This document shows, one piece after another, positions 18,900 to 30,000 of a DNA stretch of 64,000 nucleotides (positions are counted from its first letter, which is position 1; the number at the start of each line of letters is the position of its first letter). A program made the position numbers and the translations under genes. The stretch lies in IMG/VR virus record IMGVR_UViG_3300042553_000685, one strand, 5' to 3'. The DNA comes from a virus. The notes under the pieces were generated by a model. The model worked only from the letters and a program-made list of their open reading frames with translations, was not told the origin of the DNA and made no database searches.

Positions 18900-20232
18900 A
18901 GCTAATGGCATCGGGTAATCCAGTAATGGAACGTATGTGATCCTTATCTCCATCTACTAGGAAGCCCATGTCATGCATCTGCTTAATGGCATCTATCAGT
19001 GCTGCTAGATCAGTGGCCCTCCCCGGTAAACGAGTTATATAGCCCGTGTTGTTAGCCAGTGGGTATAGTGCAGGATCGAAGTTCAACCTGATTAGATTGC
19101 CTATGACCTGCTCAGTGAAGGCGTGTATCACTGTATCGAATATACTGTTGATCTTACCATCGAAGAGTTCTAGTTGAATCTCACTGGCCCGGCCTGTACC
19201 AAAGGTAGTCTCTCTATTCTGCATCAGTAGATTAGGAATACCCATACCCATTAGCATATTGTTATCGCAGAGTGATATGGCTCTTTCGAATGAGTCGCTG
19301 AAGTTATTACCTGTAGTTAGGGCCCCCACCTGTACCGGCTGCTCCTTACTGAGCTGTGTTAATACTAAACCAGAGTCGGTGCTTAGACGACGGAGTGCGT
19401 CCTCTGCCTGCTCCGCTATAGTAGTGGTTATCTCTGTACCATCGGGGGCCTCCTCTACTACGCCCGTATTACCGGGTGGCACTATTACGTATATGAGAGG
19501 GGTACCATAGCGGTCTAGAGCTATGAGCATCATATCTCGAAAGGCCCGCTTAAAGATAGAGTAGTCTAGCACGCTAGTGAGGCAACTGGTACCCCAGGGA
19601 TTATTACCCTTAGTGTTGTAATTAATGAATAGCCGTTTGTGACTAGGGAGTCGTACATGACTACCTACCACGTCTACTCTCTTAGGGGGGTCTCCTATTC
19701 TATAGGGAGGCAGAGGCACCCAGTAGCCCGACTTGTATTGACTAGCTGTTACTGTATCACCATCTACTATACGGCCATTGTCGTTAGTGATGAGCATGAC
19801 CTGTAGTGGGTGATAATTAACTATGTCATCTAATACCGTAGCCGGCATACTATCTCGCGTGCCGTGGGCGTATATCTGCTCGCTTAGACTGAAGCCATAC
19901 GTCATAATAGACTTCACGCAATGAGATATCCATGTCTTGGCTCTATTGCGTAGTTGGTCATCTATGAAGTTCTTAATGCGTTTATCCCCGTGTTGATAGG
20001 GCCCGACCTTATTAAGTACGCTCAGTGCTATAGAGTCGAGGCCCTGCGCTATGATAGGCTCCGCCTGCGCTGCCTCATCCCAGGCACTCAGCTGCTGATA
20101 GGTAGGCTTGCCTGCTCGTTTATAGCCACCATCCTCAGATAGATAACTAGTGGCTAGGCCTAGGTGCTCCATAGCGTAGATAGTGCGCCGGCGTATTGCT
20201 GGCGTGGTGGTATTACGTACTTCCATATTCAC
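18892..20232 (-). CDS. Putative portal protein
   Basis: 446 codons, upstream of the protease/scaffold and capsid genes. The segment NPWGTSCLTSVLDYSIFKRAFRDMMLIALDRYGTPLIYVIVP resembles portal (DUF935/Mu gp29-like) core patterns. Based on position plus a weak motif. Confidence 0.5.
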   Translation of the reverse strand: MNMEVRNTTTPAIRRRTIYAMEHLGLATSYLSEDGGYKRAGKPTYQQLSAWDEAAQAEPIIAQGLDSIALSVLNKVGPYQHGDKRIKNFIDDQLRNRAKTWISHCVKSIMTYGFSLSEQIYAHGTRDSMPATVLDDIVNYHPLQVMLITNDNGRIVDGDTVTASQYKSGYWVPLPPYRIGDPPKRVDVVGSHVRLPSHKRLFINYNTKGNNPWGTSCLTSVLDYSIFKRAFRDMMLIALDRYGTPLIYVIVPPGNTGVVEEAPDGTEITTTIAEQAEDALRRLSTDSGLVLTQLSKEQPVQVGALTTGNNFSDSFERAISLCDNNMLMGMGIPNLLMQNRETTFGTGRASEIQLELFDGKINSIFDTVIHAFTEQVIGNLIRLNFDPALYPLANNTGYITRLPGRATDLAALIDAIKQMHDMGFLVDGDKDHIRSITGLPDAISST

Positions 20233-20477
20233 CAGAATGAGGGTCTCTTAATATCAGATAGTGGGTTAGAGTTCATATTCTCTAAAGATTTAGTCATTTC
20301 TTCTAGGGATTGCTGTTGTTTCTTATTCTGATTCTGAATATAGTTAGACGCCGCTTGATAAGCGGCCTCCTGCATATATTCGTCTTGCTGAATGAACTCC
20401 TGCAATCCTATACCAGTGACGCTAGCTATTATAACCCACTTCTCTAGCTGATAGTACTTGGTATAGTTCTGCGCCAC
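20229..20477 (-). CDS. Downstream (-1) frame of a candidate frameshift pair; stand-alone start would be GTG 20477
   Basis: This frame is open from 20738 to 20229. The 87 codons between 20738 and 20478 contain no ATG/GTG/TTG (checked by hand). Confidence 0.5.
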   Translation of the reverse strand: MAQNYTKYYQLEKWVIIASVTGIGLQEFIQQDEYMQEAAYQAASNYIQNQNKKQQQSLEEMTKSLENMNSNPLSDIKRPSFW

Positions 20478-20659
20478 CTGAACTACATAGTTATGTTTAA
20501 TAACGGGTAGATAGGGGTCAGGTGGCGGCGGTACTATAAACCTAGCACTAGGGAATATACTGCCGGCAATTTGTAGCAGAGGGTCGGCTATACGCTGGAG
20601 CGCGGCATTCTTACAGAATAACTCAGTGTTTATTAGGTGGAAGTACGTTAGATGAATGT

Positions 20660-21022
20660 TTAGATGGCTTGCTTCGATTTTGTAGTCGTAGCTCGCGTGG
20701 AAACACCCATAAGCTTTTTTGCCTCCGCTTGGGCCTTCTCACGCCCTTTATCGTCAATGAGATATAGGGTACTGAATACCTCCATGAAGTATTGTTGGTC
20801 CTCGACACACCAGTCGTCGGTGATACCATCGGGTTCGTAGTCGTAGGCATCGCTATCCAGAACCCGGCCATTGATGTTAACAATACAACGGATAGCTAGT
20901 ACTTCTTCAGGTAATAGGCCGCACTCCTTATTATAATGCTTGATCATCTCGCGACGGTCGTGAACCAGGGGCGGCTTGAAGCTAACCTCGAATTGGCCCT
21001 TCGGTAATGTGATAGTGTGCAT
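20660..21022 (-). CDS. Hypothetical protein, zero-frame product of the candidate frameshift pair
   Basis: 120-codon ORF. First gene of the minus-strand virion operon in this window. Confidence 0.6.
   Translation of the reverse strand: MHTITLPKGQFEVSFKPPLVHDRREMIKHYNKECGLLPEEVLAIRCIVNINGRVLDSDAYDYEPDGITDDWCVEDQQYFMEVFSTLYLIDDKGREKAQAEAKKLMGVSTRATTTKSKQAI
20714..20720 (-). promoter_or_regulatory. Candidate -1 slippery heptamer A_AAA_AAG
   Basis: Minus strand reads GGAGG C A AAA AAG. The zero frame of ORF 20660..21022 reads GCA AAA AAG. The -1 frame is open on both sides of it. Confidence 0.5.
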
Positions 21023-21078
21023 AACGTCTCTCCATGTATGTGCTATAAGATATCAGATAAGCTGATTGATATAATCCT

Positions 21079-24000
21079 ATGAGGCCACTGCCCGCTAAAG
21101 TAGGCAGTTTTTCAGCTATAGCTCTATTTAATAGGTTTTGTACTCTACTGATGGATATCAATAGCTCACTATTCTCTAGTAATCGATTTAATGACAGTGC
21201 TCGTTGGAATGCTCTCTACCGTATTCCTGAGGATACGCGCAGTAGATTATTACAGGGCTATAATCCTCTAGAAGTATTAATGGACCCTAACTTTATACCG
21301 CCTGGTACCGACGCCTCTATGGAGATGGTGCTAGCTGATGCTTTCTATGATAGGGTAGTTGATACTAGTAGTAGTCGAGCTGCTATCTCGAGTCTGTGGG
21401 ATAGTATGGAGGGCCCCGCTCGTCAGGAGTACTTCGAATACATGGCAGGTATGGGGGGTACAGCTACTCCTGCCCGTACCCAGACCGATGATATGCTTAA
21501 TTGGATGGCCCAGCGAGATCAGCTCACTATGCGGTCTAACCTAGAGGGCATAGACGATGAACGCCGCCTACTACTAGAGAATCGCTCTAGCATGTTGGAT
21601 CTAATATCTGATGATGGTTATAATGTACGGCCCGGCTTACTACCTATTGCCGCGCTAGTAGATACAGCAGAGAGAGAACTGCGTATAGACATTTATCAGT
21701 TCCAGAATGAGCGCGCTATAGATATGGTGGGTGAAGCTGTAGAGAGAATGGCTGGTAGTGGCCAGGGCGGCCGTGTGGTAGTTCGTATGGCTGCTCCATC
21801 TGAGACTGATGGAGACTCTCGTAAGAATTATGATATCCTGGGCCCCAACATTATGTTTTATAAGCGGCTGTCTTATCTACGGGACCGCTTCGGGAGTAAT
21901 GTAGATATAGATATCCAATGGGCTGATAGACGTAATCACCCTAAGTTCTTCGTTAGTGATAGGGCCGCTCTCATAGGTACGATGAACGTGACGCGGCCAC
22001 TAGGACAATCGCTAGAACAGGCGGGCTCTAATGTAGAGTTCACGCGGACTATACGCACTAACCTGACCTATAGCCAAATACAGGATGCCGATAGGGGTAT
22101 ACTGCCTGACATTATAACGCGAGCTGATAAGTTATACCTACAGGCCCGTGATGTTATGGATAGATTAGATGGTGGCGATAGAGTTCTATTCACGGGGCAG
22201 GATAGTATAGGTGGTGCTGGTGATGTTAATACTGCTCTACGCCGCCATATAGGTGAGCTCATTAATAGGCCTACTATCGATGGTAAAACGGGCCGCCTCT
22301 ATATGGTACTCAATCAGGTGTTCCTGCTCAAGCACGATAAGACCCTGATGGCAAGCCAGCTTAAAGGAGAGATGGGAGAGAATCCTGAGCATGAGAGAAC
22401 ACTATCGGGTTACCAGGCATACATGCAAGCCAGAGAGCAGGAATACTCTAAGCTCCAGGCTAATGTATTAGATCTGGTTATAGAGGGCCGCGCTCGTATA
22501 GGAGTAGATGTACATACCTATCGAGAGGATGTGCAGGACCCTATGAGCCGCTTACTACTGAGCAACCAGAAACTAGCTGCTGAGTTATCTCAATCTAATT
22601 ATGACGTGGCCCGCTGGATTAAGGAAAGCCGGGGTACTGATGTTAGTGATATGGCTAACGTGCTGAGCACGTATGGTTTCTATAGTGGAGATCTCGAAGG
22701 CCGGCAGCGTATGGCCCGACAATTATTAGCTATAGCTAGCGGTAATATAGAGCCGACCGCAGTACCGCGCAGCCACGTTAAGGCATACCTGGCAACCTAC
22801 GAGAATGATGTCATAAATCAAGGGGCCGGGCCTGGCATGCAGAATATAAACAATCGTCAGGCCTTCGATATCCTGGGTGGTAGTCAGGGATCTAGTAACT
22901 ATGGCCTTAATTCTCTGGCAGATAATGATGATCCCCTGAGCCGCCGACTCGTTAACCAGGAGATCAATATAATTTACGATAGGGTGGGTGGGACAAGCCT
23001 TCTCAGTCTCTCTGATGAGGAGCGTGATGAGGAGAATAGGGAATACGCGCGGGCCTTCTATAAATTACAGAGCTCCCTGGGAATACAACGAATAGGTGAG
23101 ACTCCTTATATTGGTCGGGACCGTAGGTCTATGTATGGTAATAGGGTAGATAGAGGAGCCATACTGGACCTAATCAGCGAAATAGAGAGAGTTAATGCGG
23201 CTGTCGGCTCTGAGATTATAGGCGTACAGCGAGACTACGATGGTCTTAACCTAGAGGGCGCTACTCTAACACTCAATAAGGGCCTACCTACTCAGCGTGT
23301 ATATAGATGGGGTGCCTATAAGAACGCTAGTGGACGGGGGCCCGCCGCCTTCATAGATATAAGTGGGGGTCGTCAGATAGAGTCAGCTGAGCTATTCAAT
23401 ACTGGCACAATGCGTATGGAGCTGGCTATGGAACGTGATGGTCTTGGTGTGGGTCTGGATCCTCGTAGACGCCTGCGCCTTAATCCACTGGATGTAGTAG
23501 TGGGTCTTATGAGCTCTATTGCGTTAGAGAGTGAGACTACTCGTTTAGTGCGGGCCCCACTTATGGAGTACCAGAGGTACTATAGCCCTGATAATATACG
23601 CGCCGCCCAGGCCGTACAGCGCGACCCCGGCGCTCAGTATCAGAGTGCCATAAACTTCTTCGAGAAGCTATTGGGTGTGAGTGGTCTTGACCTAACCACA
23701 GACGAGGGTACTAGTAGAGTACAGCAGGGCCTCAGTAACCTGACCTCCTTGTTCTACTCTAGTGACCCTGATCTAGATCGTATACGAGACCTAGCGAGTA
23801 TATCTCGTATTGATAGCCGCCGTAGAGTGGCCTTCGAGGAACTATCTAACATATTTCTTACCTATGCGCGGTCTGTAGATGAGAGAGGCCTACCCATAAT
23901 AGACCTAGAGGCACACCGTAGAGGGGCCCTTAATCTTGCCGCTAATAAGCTATATGAGATTATGGATCAGGGCCCTATGTTCGCTGATGTGTTATTCAAG

Positions 24001-27000
24001 TTTATCGAATCCCAGAATGATAGCCGTTATAAGACTGATGTGCGCGAGAGGTTAAAGGAGATACATGATAGTGCATTCGCCGCGTTCCTTACTCCTACAC
24101 AGGCTCGTAATTATGGTTCTACACAAGCAAGTAATCGTTTACTGGCCTATGGCTTTGGTCAGGGTAGGCAGCCCGCTGGTATATCTATAGTTAATGCTGC
24201 ACTACGTCGTATTAAGGCTAATGAGACTGCCTTTAGTAATCTGAGTGCCTTTGCTTATACTGCTAGCCCACTGCCTATAGGTCCGGTATCTGACCTTGGT
24301 GTAGGCGATGACTTCCTCTTTGTACGAGTTGCTGAAGGTAATATAGACTCTACGGCTACTGATGAGAGCCAGTACTTTACTGGCTATAGTAATGTGCTAC
24401 CTCTATCTCGCCGTGCCACTGCCAGTGAGGTCTTCGACCTATCCATCATACGCAGTACTGGTGTGGGGGATATCATACGGCGAGATGAGCTGAGCGAATA
24501 CATGAAGGCAGTGAGTCATTTGGGTATAGACCGCTCCCTGCTAGAGGCAGAGTTTGATGCCCGCGGCGATAACCTACTCCGGTTCTTCTTTGATCCTAAT
24601 AAGCCGGATCAGGTGCCTCAGCGTCTTAAGAACGTGATTGGTATGCGCCCGCTCATGGATATAAGCGAGGGTTATACCCAGGTATTGGAGTTAGTTAGTC
24701 CCACTAATACTGGTAAGGTCATACCTGAGTTGACCCCCGTTAGGTATCGAGCCCGTTACGGAGGTAGCGATGTAGATGTACTGCAGGGCAGTATGTATCA
24801 GGACGCATACCTAGCTGACCTGCGCGCCGGGTTAGATGCACGTGGACTAGATAGTAGTATCGTAGATGATAGCTATCGCTATGGTGCTATATTCAGTGGT
24901 AGAATATCTCGCTTTATGAGTAGTGAGGCGGCTGTAGAATTAGAGGCTATACGGTATGAATTAGCCGACCGCCTGGGTATCGATAGTGAGGATATACCCA
25001 CTGAGGATGATAGCGTACTGGCCGAGCTATTCCGCGCTACTATAGTGCAATCTCAACTCTTCGCTAGTAGAGAGCGTGGATTGATAGGCTCTGGACGGGC
25101 CCGCCCTACTGTTATGATTATGGCACTGGAGGGAGCCTATAGTGACTACGCGTATGCTAACCCTCTACATAGGGTAAGACGCGGCTTCCTAGATCAGGCT
25201 ACTAAGAGTAGTAAGGCTAGTCTATTAGGACGAGACTGGACATTCGATAATGTACTAGTGAGTAGCGATGACCGTATTGTATTCGATGAGAGAGAGCAGC
25301 GCTACTATCTACTAGATAGAGAGGGGCGTCGTAAGCAGGCTATCACTAGTCGTAGTGAGATGCGCGTGTTCCTAGACCAGATAGAGAGTACATCTCGTAA
25401 TCCTAATATGGGGGCCGCTATGGCTACTAGTGCCGCAGCCGGTATACGCGGCGAGTACGCTATTGAGCAGCTACTACAGGTTAGTAGGCTGACTGGTAGC
25501 GATGCTACTAATGAAGTGCAGGTGCAGATACAATTCCTACGCACTCTACTTGAGGGTGGCTCTCGACGGGTAGAGGCAGAGCGCGGTCTGGCTAAGATAG
25601 TCCCTGTGTTCCTGAGCGAGGATATTATGCGTAGTGAGGTGTTCCCCACTATACAGCAAGGGGGCTATCATAGTGCCCTCGAGATAGAGGACATCCAGTA
25701 TATAATCAGCCCTACTAACCTGAAGAGCTACGCATTCAACCACGGGGCTACTCTACTTACTTATAATGGCGGGGAGCTATTCCGTCGGGGGGTACTAGAA
25801 CGGAATGATCAGCAGATAGCGGCCGCTCTCCTTTCCATAACTGATTCGCGTCTCTTTAGTAATAATAGCAATATCAATATAGACAGTGTCTATATAGAGA
25901 TAGCACAGTTGGCAGCGCAGGGGCGGCTCGGTAATTACTATCGTGACCTCTATATGTCTACTATGCTGGAACTTATGCGGAGTGATAAGCTAGGAGATGG
26001 CTCCCCTCATCTCGAAATAGGTAGGAAGCTAGTACGCGGGGGTGATGGTGCTATTAATAGACTACAGAGTCCTGTTCTAGGGGCCATTGATATATCAGAG
26101 ATAATGACAGCCCTGCGTAGTGGAACTAGTAGCGGGGCATTATCCGATAAGGTAGGTCTGATAGTAGATGCAGCAGATGCAGCGCGCAGGGGTTATGTAG
26201 ATACTGGGGCTATGGGCCGCGGCTTTGAGCGCGCTGCTATAGCCGGTAATCTAGAGATTATGATGCAGCTCATGTCGCTTAATAATACCCTAGAGCTCAA
26301 GACTACGCCAGTGACTGGTAGCGATAGTATATCTCGTCATGCGTATGCGGCTATGAGCGCTATAGCAGGTGTTACGCAGGCAGATGAGATAAGCGTAGGC
26401 CAGGAGAACGTGGCCGTTATGCTCGATAGATTGAGTAATTACTCTCGCTATGTAGTGCTATATAATGCCGTGATGGGTAGTAGCTCTAAGGTGCCATTGA
26501 GTAGTAAGGACACTGCGCAACTAGAAATGCAGCATATAGTATCTAGTCCCTTCATGGCTAACGTGGATAAATTCAAGCGTGATGGTAGTGTTGATAGTAT
26601 GCGTAGGGCTATCCTTGGCGTCATGAAGATGGCCATAGGGGCAGACCCCAATAAGATAGCGGTGGATGACATCCCTATGTATGACCTGGCTAGTCTGGAC
26701 TTCCACGCTAACTCTACGTTGGGAGAAATACTACTAGGGGCCTATAACGATGCGCGGGCCCCATTAAGCGATATAACTAATCTACGCGAACGATACAGGC
26801 AGTTCCACACTGCCTTGTCTCTACTCGAGAGTGCCAGTGATACTGACATGGTGTCATATACTAGAGGGTCGGGCCTCGATATTACTAATGTTACTCATAC
26901 TATACTTGATGAGATAGCGACATGGATGGGGCAACCTGCTGGGACTGATAGAGATACTCTGCGTAATGTAGTGCGCCAGTCACTTCGTGTCCTGAAGAAT

Positions 27001-30000
27001 GATATATATGCCCATGCGTCTCGCTGGCGTCTAGCAGGGGATAAGGTACTGGGTGTAGAGGCTACTGAAGCTACCGTGCAGTCAATGGGCCAGAGGGGTC
27101 TTCGTCGTATAGCTTATGAGTTCCCCTCCTTCCGTATAGAGGGGAATAACGTTGTATTCAATACAACTATTAAGGATAGGGGATTTATCCTGAGTCCTGA
27201 GGACGTGAGGATAGCAGGTATCCAGTTCGGTAGCCACGAGAATGAGATAGCTGCTGCTACGGTAGATAAGTGGATTATGCTGGCCCCCGGTAGTGCAGTA
27301 CGCGATATCTTCGAGAAGGTGGCCATTGAGTCTGGCTCGAGGACTACTGTTGAACTGGAGGGCCTCAGTGACTTCCAGATACAGGAGTTGACTCGGTTCC
27401 AGGAACTCAACAACACTTATGAGGCCCGCGTTTATAATGACCTGGCGAGCGCATATCTGCAGTCTATCACTGGTAATAAGATAGGCGTGACAGGTACTAC
27501 TGGTGTGGGGGCCGCTAGCTGGTATGTACCTGTGCGCGGCGCCGTACTAGCAGAGGCCACTATGGAGCGCTTCGGTACGCGAGGTAGTCAGACACGAGAG
27601 GAGATACTTACTAGATTAGGGGACCATCTTAAGAATAACCTGTCTGTTATTGGCCAGTCAGGTGATAAGAGAATTGGTCGTAGGTTAATACAACAGCAGA
27701 TATACGCTATAACTGAGGGCCTCAGTATAGCGGGCATGTATGGGCTGGAGGCAATAGTAGATAAAAGTAAGAACTTCCAGAGCAAAGCGGCCGGTATAAG
27801 AAAACTGGCTCCTGATTCACAGGCAGCTGAATACGCTCAACTAGAGATAGAAATTAAAGTTGAGATGGATAGATTCAGTAGCATGAAATTCAGCGGTAGC
27901 GGGGATTCTCTGATATCTACTCTAGGTGAAGCCGAGATGGGCACAATACTAGAATCTCTGCCTGGAGCTGAAACTCATAAGTATAGAGATCTGGGTCACT
28001 TACCTGTTATTATCTCCGGGCTCATGATAGGTAGTCATGGCCCGTCCCGCTCTATCATACCTGATAATATGCGTATCTACATTGACACTAATGCATTAGG
28101 TAATAGGTTTGATAACCTGGATCTACTACAGGGCCGCATACGTAAGAATCCCATAGACCTATCCTTCTTCAGTGATACGCGTGGTAAGGATGGTGCTGAG
28201 ATGCTGAATATATTCTCTACTAGACTAGATAGTCTAGAGAGAACTATTAATGCCGTGACCTCTGCTGTAGATACGTATTTAGAAGGTAAGAGCCCCCGGG
28301 GCACTGATTTACATAATAGAGGCGTGGCTCTCATAGCTCAGTATAGGAAGCTGGTAGATAACGCAAACGCCGCCTATGCAGTGGAACTAGATACAGTAAT
28401 GGCTAATCGTGCAGCGCGCGATTCATTATTCATAATGAATAGTACTCTGCAGGCTGATATGAGTATGTTCTTCACTGAGCTGGAGTTAACGAGAGCCTGG
28501 ATTCAACGTAGCCCGCCCCCTGGGAACACCCATCTCGATAAGCTGGTGTTCGGCTTAGATACACTCAATAGTATTAATAACATATACCGGGACCTAACTG
28601 GCAGTGGCTTTAACTTCTTTGATGATACTCGTAATAAGTCGTTGACTCTACTTAATCCTATTAGCTTTATAACTAGTAACCTAGGGGACTTCGATGGGGA
28701 TACCTTCAGCGCTATATTCTTCAATTACTCTCAAATGAAGTTGCAGCGCGATGATATGCTGGAACGAGCTAAGGAACGGCGGGAGATGGCATCTCAGGCC
28801 GCTGATCCCGCTAAGCGTACCATTCTAGAGAAGCAAGCTAATGACCTAGATATGCGCGCCAGTGCTTTACTGGATACTATACAGCAGGTAACCACTAATG
28901 CTAATTGGAATGAGTATACCGACTCAGTGTATAGCTGGGTAGCGGGCTATATGAAATTAGATAAGGGTATGCTGGAACAGCGAGGTATAGAACATGCCCT
29001 GGTATTAGTAGAACAGTCCCGCGGTCTCTTTGGTATGATGGAGGACGTATACGCGCGTATACAGCCGGCCCATGAGCCCCTATTAGAATTAATACAGCAG
29101 AGCAGAACTGATAATGCAGTTGATATAGTTAATAGATTATCTACCTCTACAGACCAGAACATACTAACCGATCTCGTTAATAACCCTGATACGGGGCCAT
29201 TCGTGCGGGCTAGTCTACATGATATCCTGAGCGCTACAGGTAATGATCAAGAAGAGAAGGCCTATGACTTCCTGCATAAACTAACTGCTGTTAATGCCCG
29301 CGATAATCTCAGCAAGTACATGAAGCGCGCTGATGGTAGTGTCATGAGCGGCGGCCAATTCGATATGATGCAGAAGGTACTGGGCCAGGCAGGTAGTGTA
29401 ATCCTCGGTAAGACGTATAACACTACCGTGGGTATGCTATACGAGCGCTCCCCTATCATGGCTGTGTCTCACGCACTAGAGAATAGCCCGGCTCTACAGG
29501 ATGACATGCGCCGTATACTAATCGATCAGGGTATGGCAGGAGGCATGAGCGCGAGTGATGCTAACCTAGAGGCCGATAGTAAGATAGTGGATATACAGAG
29601 ACTGGCTCGCCAGAGTAGAACAGAGGTAGGCGAGGTAGGCACATTCCTGCAAGAGATACAACAAATGCTACGGGACGCTATTAAGCCTAAGATGGGGGGT
29701 GCTGAGTTCCTAGAGAACTTATCGCAGTACCATAAGCGCTTTGTAGATGCTGTCGATGATGTGGAGCGCCAGCGTGTAGTAGATGATATGAGTAGACTAC
29801 TACCATCTATAACTCCTCTATTTAAGTTAGATGCGTATATAGGAGCTCATAAAGAATTACTGGCATCAGCTACTAATGATGCCCAGGACTCTAAGATTAA
29901 TGATCTGCTGACTAAGCTATCCATTGGAGAAACTGAGCAGTTAGATTTATCTCGTCGATTGAGCGTACTGCGAAGAGATGAGATAGGTACCCATAGCCGC

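Noticed and set aside
20623-20883. ORF 20623..20883 (-), 86 aa.
   Set aside because: It is out of frame with, and embedded in, the 20660..21022 ORF and the open -1 frame. The frameshift model explains the region better.
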